Shown: positions 11,940-22,848 of the stretch, piece after piece
How positions within the stretch are numbered: the first letter of the stretch is position 1
Layout: the number at the start of each line of letters is the position of its first letter
NCBI GenBank assembly: GCA_027923505.1
Contig: BROI01000005.1
Coordinates: 124,001 to 188,000 of the forward strand
Reading direction: 5' to 3'
DNA: 64,000 bases
From: Mayamaea pseudoterrestris
Taxonomy: Eukaryota
The notes under the pieces: model-generated
Databases searched by the model: none
The model's input: only the letters and a program-made list of their open reading frames with translations
What the model was told of the DNA's origin: nothing
Translations under genes and position numbers: made by a program

Positions 11940-12457
11940 TGTCGAATTCGATTTGACGGCGCAGATGAATGCCGAGAGGTGCGAACAGTTAGTTGCAGTC
12001 GGTAAACTTTCAGCGACTTTTCTTTTTATAGCTCAGGTCACTCAATATAGTGACAGTTGCAGAAATAGTTCGTCTATAAGAAATCAAGTACTTGAGGTCT
12101 CTCTGCTGTCTCTAATTGCTTATGCTTTTACTTCATTGTGACGAGATGCTTTTGTAGCGGACTGTCGTGCCGCGCCGGCGCGCCATTTCCGTGAGTGGGC
12201 TTCCTCGGAACAGCTTCATGGCGTTCCATAGATCTCACTCACTGGTTATCTCATCCCAAATATCGAACGCTTGAGTAAAGATCATGCTGACGCAGAAGGA
12301 ACGAGTCACACATTCTTCGCATCGCTCCGGTTCTAATCTTCCTCATCGCTATTGGCATGACACCATGGTTCGATGATTCGCAACTTCGCCTGCTAGCATT
12401 GCCTCGCTTCTTGCATGAGAACATTAGAAACACGATATACATTCGCATCACTACATC

Positions 12458-13611
12458 ATGCGGCAGCAGCCTTGCGTCTCGCTGCTCAGCGTCTTGTTTC
12501 TCATTCATCAACAGCAGTTTAAATTACGTCGACAAGTGCACGCAGCAGACACTCGTATACAAGTTGCCTTTCAAGACTGTAATTCTATTCCAAGCAGCAG
12601 CAACAGCAATCATCAACGACCCATTGAAGCATCAAGTCCATCTCCAGAAACAATAAAAATCATGCGTTCCGCTTGGCACTGCCACGGCCGCAACCAGCGC
12701 GAGCTGGTGCAAAACTTGATGGAAGCCAACATTATTCGACACTCACAAGTCGCCCAAATCATGTCAATGGTGGATCGCAAGTACTACTTGCCCAAGCTGT
12801 CGTCGCTCTTTGGCGGTGATGCGAGTGCGGCGCTCTATCCATACGTTGATGCGCCGCAGAGTATTGGACATGGACAAACCATATCGGGTGAGTATTGATC
12901 ATGTGTGCAATTGTGGATGCAACTGTGAATGCAGGAAATATGCTTCATTGCTAACGTTCACCTGCTGCTTTTTCCATGACAGCCCCTCACATGCACGCTC
13001 ACGTACTGGAAGAGATTGTTCCTCACTTGCTTCCCGTCACGGACGATGAAGACTCGCCTGCTGCCAGCAATGATGATGAATCATCCATGCTGCAGCCTGT
13101 CAAGATTTTGGACGTTGGCTGCGGATCAGGCTACTTGACGGCGTGCTTTGGTCGTTTGGTGCACACTTCACCGCCATTGACGCCGAACAGCATCTTGGGC
13201 CGACCCGGCAAGGTGTTTGGCGTGGACATTTACCCGGAACTGGTCGCTCGATCCAAGCAAAACATTCAGTCGGGGCCAGACAAAGAGCTACTGGAGGCCG
13301 GCACGATTCAACTTATGATTGCGAACGGATGGAAGGGACTACCGAACGAGGCGCCCTTTGACGCCATTCACGTTGGAGCAGCGGCGGAGGAGCTCCCCAC
13401 GGCGCTGGCAATGCAGTTGAAAGTGGGTGGCGTGCTGATTGTACCGGTGGGACCACAGGGGGAGGCGCAAGTGCTGTACAAGGTGGAGCGAGTCAAGCAG
13501 CAGCATGAATATGACGCAAGGGAAGAGCCAGATGGTGCGTTTGATCCGTCGGATTATCGAATCAAGCAGCTGCTGGGTGTTCAATATGTGCCATTGGTTA
13601 AAGAGCTTTGA
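12458..13611 (+). CDS. PCMT: Protein-L-isoaspartate O-methyltransferase, copy 1; intron 12888-12982; second Met at 12662
   Basis: PQSIGHGQTIS|APHMH, LDVGCGSGYL, APFDAIHVGAA, LKVGGVLIVPVG, VQYVPL. Confidence 0.95.
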
Positions 13612-13845
13612 AGTACGTAGAAAATCATTAGTAATGGGTCCATTCTGCATGCGAGGTCGTGTACATGTTTGATCAAATATTTAGTGGATTCTCATACATG
13701 TACATAAAACTTTACAACGAATGCACGTACTAACGTACATTGAAAATTTGAGAGCGTTTTAGATTGATCACGGGCGGCGGCACATTGACTTCGTCATGGC
13801 AAGTCGTTTGATGAAATTGATAAGTCTTGTTAGTGATCCGTTCAA

Positions 13846-14955
13846 TCAATTCATTTCATCAAAATTCATATCATCGTCATCGAGATCAAACTCTTTGAAG
13901 AAATCTTCATCCACGCCAAGTAAATCATTGCCATCACCCGCCGCCATCATGCTTGCCGCCAGTGTTACATCGTCCACCATTTCTTGCTGTTGCTGCAAGT
14001 TAACGACTGGTTCTGGTCGATTCTTCTTGCTGGCAATTCCCTTTTTGGGTTTGGTAGCAGGTATATTTTCCGCTTCTAATCGCTTCTTTCGCTGTAGTTG
14101 CTGCTGCTCCTCCAACTGTTTCCTCTTGGCTTCCGCCGCTTCATTTTGTATCGCTAGTATATCCTCTGGCTTGAGCCATACTTCAGGATGCGCACTACAT
14201 ATTTGATCATCTGCATCAAACTGAATACCTTGCGGCTGCCGTCCATAGTCATCCATCCACGGCTCGTAGTTGACAATCTCCTCCGTCACCTCCTCCAGCA
14301 CCCGCGCCTGCGCATGACTACTGCTCGACGCACCCGCCTTTGGGATTTTCACCTTCTTCACCTTTTCGTCCTTGTGCAGCTGCCCCATGAGCTGCACCAG
14401 CTCCCGCTCCACCGCCGCCACGTTGCGCCGCGGCGGCGCAACGCGCTCATGCTCGCGCGCAGCAAACCGCCGCGCCACGACGCGATGCATCGGCGGCGTC
14501 ACGCCCGAGTGATAGTAGGACGGATATCCTTCAGTGGGTTGCTCCTGCGCCTCCTCGAGGGCCATGTCGTCTTCATACACGATGAGCATTTGCGCCACGT
14601 CGACGCTCTTGTAGTACATGGCGTGGTCGTGCGTCTTGTGTAGCTCGATGGGGCAGGGTAGATTGACGAGCGTGGCTGGATAGCGGGCGCCGTCGCAGCA
14701 AAACTCCCACAAGGTGCGATGGCGGGCCTCGGTTGGTTGGCACGTGACGCCTTCCAAGTCGAGGTAGGAGTCGGGAGTTAATGCTGGTGCTGCTGGAGTG
14801 TTGTTGTTGTTATTACTGTTAGCGTTGACGTTGGACGCTGCTGCTGCTGCTCGTTCCTCGCACTCCTTCATCTTGTCGCGGAGGCGAGCTTCGAGTCGAG
14901 GGACTAAAATGCGAAGAACAAGGGTTCGGTCGCGGACGGGTAGGCGGTCGCTCAT
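13846..14955 (-). CDS. TAF7: TFIID subunit TAF7 (TAFII55 N-terminal domain), copy 1
   Basis: YPATLVNLPCPIELHKTHD...YKSVDVAQML...HSGVTPPM..V..RRF matches TAFII55_N. Confidence 0.88.
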   Translation of the reverse strand: MSDRLPVRDRTLVLRILVPRLEARLRDKMKECEERAAAAASNVNANSNNNNNTPAAPALTPDSYLDLEGVTCQPTEARHRTLWEFCCDGARYPATLVNLPCPIELHKTHDHAMYYKSVDVAQMLIVYEDDMALEEAQEQPTEGYPSYYHSGVTPPMHRVVARRFAAREHERVAPPRRNVAAVERELVQLMGQLHKDEKVKKVKIPKAGASSSSHAQARVLEEVTEEIVNYEPWMDDYGRQPQGIQFDADDQICSAHPEVWLKPEDILAIQNEAAEAKRKQLEEQQQLQRKKRLEAENIPATKPKKGIASKKNRPEPVVNLQQQQEMVDDVTLAASMMAAGDGNDLLGVDEDFFKEFDLDDDDMNFDEMN

Positions 14956-15163
14956 TTTGATGCGTTAATGGAAGCTTGTAGATTGTAGCAGTCTCCTAGA
15001 AGCACGCTTGATTGAGCCATCCATGTTGCATGTTGTCGTGATCGATGTTTTGCAAGATTCATTCGTGTCGCAGTGGCAATGGCTATACCACTGCGACATT
15101 GTTTAGGTTATCGGCCGTCGCGGAGCCTGCGCGAATTTCGACGAACACATCACAAATTCCACC

Positions 15164-16181
15164 ATGGCGACGGTTTTTGCAACGCTCAAAGAGTATTCCG
15201 ATCGACTGACGGGAACGACTGGAAGCTTAGGTGTACGTGCTAACGATTGGCTCATATGGAAACGATTATTGTAACTCTGTAGGAGAGATTAGGAGAGGAG
15301 ATATCGTCAATCAAAGAATATCTCGTGTCAATGCATCGCATATCTGGCCTCATCTTTGAGACTTTCAATGTATTGCTCAACAGTATCTTGTTATTATAGC
15401 ACTCGTCGTTGGGGGCTACCTTTATACCAGCGCAAGTTTCATGTCGTCGCAGGAGAACAATCGCGTCGTTCTGTCGACAGACAAGAACGAAAACGACGAA
15501 AACAAGGAACCGCTACGCAACTTTACCACTACTCAACTCCAAAAATTTGATGGCAACAACGACCACCCAGTCTACATGTCTGTATCTGGCATTGTCTTTG
15601 ACGTTTCAAAAGGTCGCGACTTTTACGGTCCCGGTGGTCCCTACGAGAAATTTGCTGGCTGCGAGTGCGGCGTGGCCTTGGCGAAAATGAGTTTCGACGA
15701 GGAACATTTGAACGATTTTAATGGGATTGCGCAACTAAATTTTGGAGAAAAGGCGGAACTGGAGGGATGGATTGACAAGTTTACCAACTATCGAAACTAT
15801 CCAGTCAAGGGGAGATTGGTACCCGACTCGTTACTGCCGCCTGCCGATCATGTTTGGACGGCAAACGAACTAAAGTTGCATGACGGCACGCAGGAGATTC
15901 CAACCAACTACGCCGCTGCGCCCATTTACATTGGTGCCGGGACCAAGGTGTTTGACGTGAGTTTTGGTGGCGTGTCGTTCTATGGCGCTGGTGGACCTTA
16001 CCAAAAATTTGCCGGCAAGATTGTGAGTCGAGCGCTGGCGAAAATGAGTTTGGACGATGACGACCTCGTTTCAAACGATGTGAGTGACTTGACGGAGAAG
16101 CAGCTGGGGATTATGAATGACTGGATTAAAACGTTTGAGGAAAAGAAGAACTACCCAATTGTGGGTAGACTTGAAAAGTAG
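15164..16181 (+). CDS. Membrane steroid/heme-binding protein (MAPR family) with two tandem cytochrome b5-like domains, copy 1; intron 15233-15383
   Basis: N-terminal TM after splicing; two copies of VFDVS.G..FYG.GGPY.KFAG....ALAKMS and Y.IVGRL-type endings. Confidence 0.92.
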
Positions 16182-16209
16182 TGTAATGATATAGGTGTGC
16201 ATTTAGATT

Positions 16210-17043
16210 TTATACCGATAATATTTTGGCCGTCGCATCAGCGGATCGTGTCGAGGAAACACTATGGCTGCTGCCACTGCCCATTAAGTCATCCGTACTT
16301 TGTCGCATTTCTGGTACATTGGCATAGTCACCCGCAAAGGTGGCTGATGGCCTGCTACTGTTATTGTATCCGCTGCTCGTCGTGTACATTGGGTCGACCG
16401 TTCCCACTGGTTCGTACTGGTCCGCGTGCAGCTGCGATGAAAACTCCCGTCGCCCCACGGCCAGCAACAGGCAGGCGCAAAAGTTGACCCAAAAGACCAA
16501 GCCCGCCCACAGCCACACGCTGGTGGAGCGGTTGCAGTAGATGGGTGCGTCGCGACTGCTGCCGTTGTCGTGGAATCGTTCCGTGGTATTTTCGTGGCTG
16601 TCATATCCATCGCTCCGTCGATTACCACTTCCGTAGTAAGACTGCTTCGAGCAAGTTCCATATTTGAACGATTGCGACAAGACAAAGGACAGTATGGAGG
16701 CACCAATGGTAATGCCCAAAGCGACTCCCATGATGAAATCGTTCGGCGACAAGAAACTCAAGCTGGAGGAGAGTCTTCCGTTGTTCAAAATGGCCCACAC
16801 GGTGGCATTCTGCAGTATCAGAAAGAGTGACATCCATATCAAGGGAAGTGTATTGTTATTGCTGATTGATTGACTCCAGCAGGAGAGAAACAGAAACATG
16901 TTCAAAACGAATAGCAAGATCAGTAGGTGGTTCAAAATTTTGGCCATGGAATCCAAATGAAGGGCCGCGTAGGTTGTAACATCGCGGGGACAAAAGGATA
17001 AATTCTCCTCCAAACGATGTGGAAGCATGTTTCGTTGCATCAT
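16210..17043 (-). CDS. Uncharacterised 4-TM membrane protein, copy 1
   Basis: Four hydrophobic segments; the frame is conserved in copy 2 with only in-frame indels. Confidence 0.75.
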   Translation of the reverse strand: MMQRNMLPHRLEENLSFCPRDVTTYAALHLDSMAKILNHLLILLFVLNMFLFLSCWSQSISNNNTLPLIWMSLFLILQNATVWAILNNGRLSSSLSFLSPNDFIMGVALGITIGASILSFVLSQSFKYGTCSKQSYYGSGNRRSDGYDSHENTTERFHDNGSSRDAPIYCNRSTSVWLWAGLVFWVNFCACLLLAVGRREFSSQLHADQYEPVGTVDPMYTTSSGYNNSSRPSATFAGDYANVPEMRQSTDDLMGSGSSHSVSSTRSADATAKILSV

Positions 17044-17113
17044 GCTGTATTATTGTATATTGACTGTGAATGGAAGGGTAGATCAATCTGGTCGTCGATG
17101 CGAGTGATGTGTT

Positions 17114-17133
17114 GTGTCGTGTCGTGTCGTGTC
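17114..17133 (+). repeat. (GTGTC)4 microsatellite upstream of the 4-TM gene; reduced to one unit in copy 2
   Basis: gtgtcgtgtcgtgtcgtgtc seen directly. Confidence 0.8.
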
Positions 17134-17607
17134 GTTGTGAGTGGGTTTTCAATGGCTCACTTGTCAAATGTTTTTCTCGCTTGATACTTTGGGCAAGTCG
17201 TCTAATTCTTCCAGCAGATTCAACGCAACCTTTGCGGCTTTTAAGGCATTGTTTGAAAACCAAAGGAACTCTGGCAAGGCTTTTTTCCAACAAGTTCCTT
17301 TTTGCGTGGTCGTCGCTTGGTCGCTCATGTCGCACTGTTAGTAAAACGTTAATCTCAGCAATAAACTCACGGGATGACATCGATTGCCATGGCCTCGCTA
17401 CTTGACAATCAACCAAAATACCATTCATGATGCTATAGTAAGAGTCGTAAACAAAAGATAATCTTTATTCATGGCAACCAAAATGAAGATAGGTTGACTT
17501 AAAAATTCCAGCCCCAACAGGCCGCTCGCAAAACACCAAAATTCATGAACAAAGTATAGCACAGTTCTCGATATCGTCCAAACACAAAACAAAGTAAAAA
17601 TCTCTCT

Positions 17608-17680
17608 TTAGCCCGCAGCTTCCTCGGCGATGATTGGCTTTTCGTCCGCACGAACTTCCTCATCCTGCGTCGACTTTTTC
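17608..17680 (-). pseudogene. Orphan 3' fragment of the ammonium transporter (last ~23 codons, followed by its 3' UTR)
   Basis: Encodes KKSTQDEEVRADEKPIIAEEAAG*, matching the AMT C-terminus at 26592-26664; cut at the duplication junction. Confidence 0.92.
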
Positions 17681-17807
17681 CACCACGCCAGCCAGCGTGC
17701 GTTGCAGCGCGGGTGACGTACGATCGTGCCGCGCACACGACCCTCGAATCCATTCTTTTGGATCTCTGGTTCATCTTTCCGGCAACTGTACTTGCTTCGT
17801 CTCCACC

Positions 17808-19384
17808 ATGGCCTCTCTAAACGAACTCGTACCTCCCGGCGTCGTCACGGGCGACAATTTGCTGGTGCTCTTCAAGCATGCCCGCGACAATGGATACGCC
17901 ATTCCGGCGGTCAACTGCACATCGTAAGTGTTTTGAAAGTTGCTTTGGTGCGATTGTTGTTCGTTCGTTCGACAGCTGCTTGTTGAACTGTTGAACTATG
18001 GAAACTACTGCTTACGAGTATGTATGCGCAAGGGATCATTGTTTTTGGCTACATAAACCTGTAACGAGCGTGTGTCTCGTCATCCGTTCCACCATGCTGT
18101 TGCTGTAATATCCTGTTGCATTAACGGCCTGTTGCTTTACACTCTTTCATCAGTTCATCGACTGCCAACGCTTGTCTGGAAGCTGCCAAAAAGGCCAAGT
18201 CTCCCGTCATTATCCAAGTCTCCAATGGAGGTGGCGCCTTTCTGGCCGGAAAGGCTGTCAAGGATCCCAACGCTGCCGCCGTTGGGTCAGTGGCGCTGGC
18301 CATGCACATTCGCTCCGTCGCTGCCTACTACGGCATTCCAGTGGTGATTCACTCGGATCATTGCGCAAAAAAGGTATGATTACTGTTGCTGGATGCTGCA
18401 CCGATTCCTCCAAGTTTTATATGACTATATCTCACACAACAAGCCTATTATAGCTCCTTCCCTGGTTCGACGGCATGCTCGACGCCGACAAGGAATTCTT
18501 CGACAAGTACGGCGAGCCCTTGTTTGGATCGCACATGCTGGATCTCTCGGAGGAGCCCGATGAAGAAAACATTGCCATTTGCGTCGAGTACTTTAAAAAG
18601 ATGGCGCCCATGAAGATTTGGTTGGAAATGGAGATTGGTATTACGGGAGGCGAAGAAGACGGCGTCAACAACGAGGGTATTGACCCGGAGAAGCTGTACA
18701 CGTCTCCCGAGCAGGTTTACTCCGTCTACGAGTCGCTCTCCAAGATTTCGCCCATGTTTAGTATTGCGGCTGCCTTTGGAAACGTTCACGGCGTCTACAA
18801 ACCGGGCAACGTCAAGCTCAGCCCCGAGCGCCTTGGCCACCATCAGGCGCACACGAAGAAAATGATTGGTAGCGGCTTGGAAAAACCAATCTTTTTGGTC
18901 ATGCATGGAGGATCTGGTAGCACGGATGATGAAATCAAGACGGCCGTCAGCAATGGCGTCATCAAGATGAACATTGATACCGACACTCAATGGTAAGTTC
19001 GCATGATCCTTGGTATGATCGTCTGTCTGTCAGTCTCGTTTTCTGATTTATTTTCTGCCAATATTCAGGTCTTATTGGGATGGTTTGAGAATCTTTGAAA
19101 AAGAGAAGCGCGATTACTTGCAGGCGCAGATTGGAAATCCAACGGGAGCAGACAAGCCGAACAAGAAATTCTACGATCCGCGCGTCTGGATCCGCAAGGC
19201 CGAGGAGGCAATGGTGACCCGCGTTGAAACTTCCATGGATAAGCTGAATAGCAAGGGAACGTATGAACCAAAGACGGAGGGTGCGACGCCCCAGCTGGGA
19301 TCCCTCAAGAATCCTAATCCCATCACGTTGGTGTGCCTTGGTGCATTACTTGGGTCGGCGGTCATGCTCATCCTCAAGAAGTAA
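17808..19384 (+). CDS. FBA: Class II fructose-bisphosphate aldolase, copy 2 (3 introns)
   Basis: Nearly identical protein to copy 1 with the same intron positions and the same C-terminal tail. Confidence 0.96.
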
Positions 19385-19780
19385 GTCATAGCACTTGCAT
19401 AGTGCTTGTTTTTGCAGTTGAGACTGCTAACAGGAATGTCCATATTACCTGTTATATAGTATATTGACAACCACTCTCTCGGAGTTTATAAAAACGCAAG
19501 CGATTGTGCCTGTTGTTAGTACCGTGGTTGATGAATTGACGGAACTGGCGACGGAACTTTAGTTATTTGTTACTTGTGCCATGTCGTCTACGTATGCATC
19601 GTATAGTCAGGGATAATTTGCTGAATATAGTCGAAGGCAAGAAGCAATCACTTCAACCTGTTTTTCAAGTAACCATACCAGAGAAGCCTGGCAAAGAATA
19701 TAAAAGATGTATGAACGTAGCTATTTCCTAGCACGCAGCCCATTAAAAGACTATAAGACATTGCATTTGAGCCTCTGTCA

Positions 19781-20983
19781 CTAAGCCTGTCGAACATCTG
19801 CATGATTAATTTCAAAAATGGATTGTGAAGGCACGACATGCGTCACGTGCTCATTCTGCCGCGTTACGGTGAGCCGTGGCTGCCAGATACCACTTGAGCG
19901 CTGACTTGCATTGCTACTGCCTCCATATGACAAGGGCTCTAATCGACCATCGGAACCAATCGTAAAGAGTGATGGCACGCTCCCGCTACCACCACTAAAC
20001 GCCATGGCCAGCTGCCGCTGCTGCTGCTCATTTTCATGCTGCATCGCCGGCAAAACGTCGGTATATTCTTGCCGACAAATGGGGCAGTGTTGCTTCTTGC
20101 TGAGCCATCCAATGATGCATTCCGTGTGAAAGACGTGTGGGCAGTGCGAAAACCACGTGACGCGTTCGCCAGGTTCGTATTGCGACAAGCAAATGGCGCA
20201 CATGGAATTCACCGAGCGACCTATTGGTAATCTTAGTAGCAGTCGATTGGACTCCTCCATGCAGTCGTTCATGTCGTAGTCAATTAAATGTGGGTCGTTC
20301 GATCCGCTTTCAAGATCTGTGCGTGCGACTGGCGGCGGCGTATCATTACCAGTCGCCAGAGCGCCATCTTCTTCCGCTAGTTGCTCTTTCAATGCCAGAC
20401 GAGTCGTTGCATTCTCGTTTACATCATGCTGAGCCTCCGTATCGTCCACATCAACAGCAGAAAGATCCATCAAGTCATTTTCCGTAACAATCATACTCGT
20501 CGCCTGCAACGACTCTGCCAATACTTGTTTGCGCATGATTGCATTCGCTTCACTGTGCGCCTGCTGCGTCTGCGTCCAAGCGAACCAATGGTTACGCAGC
20601 TGCAGTTGCGTGGCAGCATGCTGCGCGGCGGCGCTGCGATCCATGGCGCGCCGCCGCCCAAAGGCGCAGCAGGCGGGAACGACGCAGCAAAGCAACAGAA
20701 ACAAGTACCATGCCAAGAATGCGACAAACTCGAATGCTTCATTGTCGGAGGAGTCGTTATTGTTGTTAGTGTTGGTGCCATTGTTGGTTGCGTTACTGCC
20801 ATTGTTACTGCTGTCAGTTTGGTTAAAGGTGCTGTCGTTGAATGCACCTGTCGCGTTTTCGCTGCCAATCTCCATCGTCGTGCTTTCATTCTGCTGACTA
20901 GCAGCGAAAGCTTGCATCAAAAAGGCTGCCAGCCAGCATATTTTTGCCAGCGAAACGTTTCGTTTCATCATTTTCATTGTCAA
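19781..20983 (-). CDS. Type I membrane RING-H2 E3 ligase, copy 2 (C-terminal tail ~26 aa shorter)
   Basis: RING-H2 intact; in-frame indel after PRLTVT relative to copy 1. Confidence 0.9.
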   Translation of the reverse strand: MTMKMMKRNVSLAKICWLAAFLMQAFAASQQNESTTMEIGSENATGAFNDSTFNQTDSSNNGSNATNNGTNTNNNNDSSDNEAFEFVAFLAWYLFLLLCCVVPACCAFGRRRAMDRSAAAQHAATQLQLRNHWFAWTQTQQAHSEANAIMRKQVLAESLQATSMIVTENDLMDLSAVDVDDTEAQHDVNENATTRLALKEQLAEEDGALATGNDTPPPVARTDLESGSNDPHLIDYDMNDCMEESNRLLLRLPIGRSVNSMCAICLSQYEPGERVTWFSHCPHVFHTECIIGWLSKKQHCPICRQEYTDVLPAMQHENEQQQRQLAMAFSGGSGSVPSLFTIGSDGRLEPLSYGGSSNASQRSSGIWQPRLTVTRQNEHVTHVVPSQSIFEINHADVRQA

Positions 20984-21481
20984 ATTCGATTTGACGTCGC
21001 AGATGATTGCCGAGAGGTGCGAAGAGTTGCAGTCGGTAAACTTTCAACGACTTTTTTATTACACTCAAGTCACTCAATGTTTTAACAGTTACAGAAATAG
21101 TTCGTGTACAAAAAGAGCAAAGGGTTTGAGCTTTCTCAGCAATCTCTGCTCTTGCTTTCACTTCATTGTGACGATGCTTTTGCAGCGGACTGTCGTGCCG
21201 CGCCGGCGCGCCATTTCCATGAGAAGTTTGGGCTTCCTCGGAACAGCTTTCTGGCGTTCCATATGTAGCGTTCCATTACCCCTGTCAGCCCAATATCGAA
21301 CGCTTGAGTAAGAAATCACTGACGCAGAAGGAACGAGTCACACATTCTCGGCATCGCTCCGGTTTTGATCTTCCTCATCGCTCATTGCCATGACACCCAT
21401 GGTTCGACGATTCGCAACTTCGCCTTGCATTGCCTTGCATTGCGCGTGAGAACATTGGATACACATTCGCATCACTACATC

Positions 21482-22637
21482 ATGCGGCAGCAGCCTTGCG
21501 TCTCGCTGCTCAGCGTCTTGTTTCTCATTCATCAACAGCAGTATCATTTTCGTCGCCAAGTGCACGCAGCAGACACTCGTGCACTACAACTTGCCTTTCA
21601 AGACTGCAATTCCATTCCAAGCAGCAATAACAATAGTCATCAACGACCCATTGAAGGAGATCCATCTCCAGAAACAGCAAAAATCATGCGTTCCGCTTGG
21701 CACTGCCACGGCCGCAACCAGCGCGAGCTCGTTCAAAACCTCATGGAAGCCAACATTATTCGACATTCACAAGTCGCCCAGGTCATGTCGTTGGTGGATC
21801 GCAAGTACTACTTGCCAAAGCTATCGTCGCTCTTTGGGGGTGATGCGAGTGCGGCGCTCTATCCATACGTCGATGCGCCGCAAAGTATTGGACATGGGCA
21901 AACCATATCGGGTGAGTATCGTGTGTATAATTGTGAATGCAAATGTAGAGACGTGGATGCGATTCATTGCTCACTTTTACATGCTGCTTGTTTCCTTGAC
22001 AGCCCCTCACATGCACGCTCACGTACTGGAAGAGATTGTTCCTCACTTGCTTCCAGTAACGGACGACGAAACAGACTCGCCTACTGCTGGCAATGACGAG
22101 TCATCCAAGATGGAGCCTGTCAAGATTTTGGACGTTGGCTGCGGATCAGGCTACTTGACGGCCTGCTTTGGTCGCTTGGTGCACACGTCACCGCCACTGA
22201 CGCCGACCAGCATACTGGGCCGACCCGGCAAGGTGTTTGGCGTGGACATTTATCCGGAACTGGTCGCGCGGTCCAAGCAAAACATTCAGTCGGGACCAGA
22301 CAAAGAGCTACTGGAGGCCGGCACGATTCAACTTATGATTGCGAACGGATGGAAGGGACTACCGAACGAGGCGCCCTTTGACGCCATTCACGTTGGAGCA
22401 GCGGCGGAGGAATTGCCCAAGGCGCTGGCAATGCAGTTGAAAGTAGGTGGCGTGCTGATTGTACCCGTTGGACCGCAGGGAGAGGCGCAAGTGCTGTACA
22501 AGGTGGAGCGAGTCAAGCAGCAGCAGCATGATGTGAATGACGCAAGGGAGGAGCCGGATGGTGCGTTTGATCCGTCGGATTATCGAATCAAGCAGCTGCT
22601 GGGTGTTCAATACGTGCCGCTGGTCAAAGAGCTTTGA
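21482..22637 (+). CDS. PCMT: Protein-L-isoaspartate O-methyltransferase, copy 2 (1 intron)
   Basis: Same motifs and intron position as copy 1. Confidence 0.95.
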
Positions 22638-22848
22638 ACGAATACATTGGCGATGGGTCCATTCTGCATGCGAGGTCGTTTACATGCTTGATTAAATATC
22701 CAGTGAATGCTCATACATTTACATGAATCTCTACAACGAATGCACTTATTGCCGTGCAAGCGTACATACATTGGAAAATTTGACGACGTTTAGAATCACG
22801 CAGCCACATACTTCGTCATGGCAAGAAATTATACAGTAAACCGTTCAA

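Larger units (their letters stand above)
8577..17680 (+). repeat. Tandem segmental duplication, copy 1 (~9.1 kb, six genes)
   Basis: Colinear high similarity to 17678-26664 across genes, introns and intergenic DNA. Confidence 0.97.

Noticed and set aside
16856..17428. 190 aa minus-strand ORF upstream of the 4-TM gene
   Set aside because: Broken by frameshifts and stops in copy 2 while all real genes are preserved.
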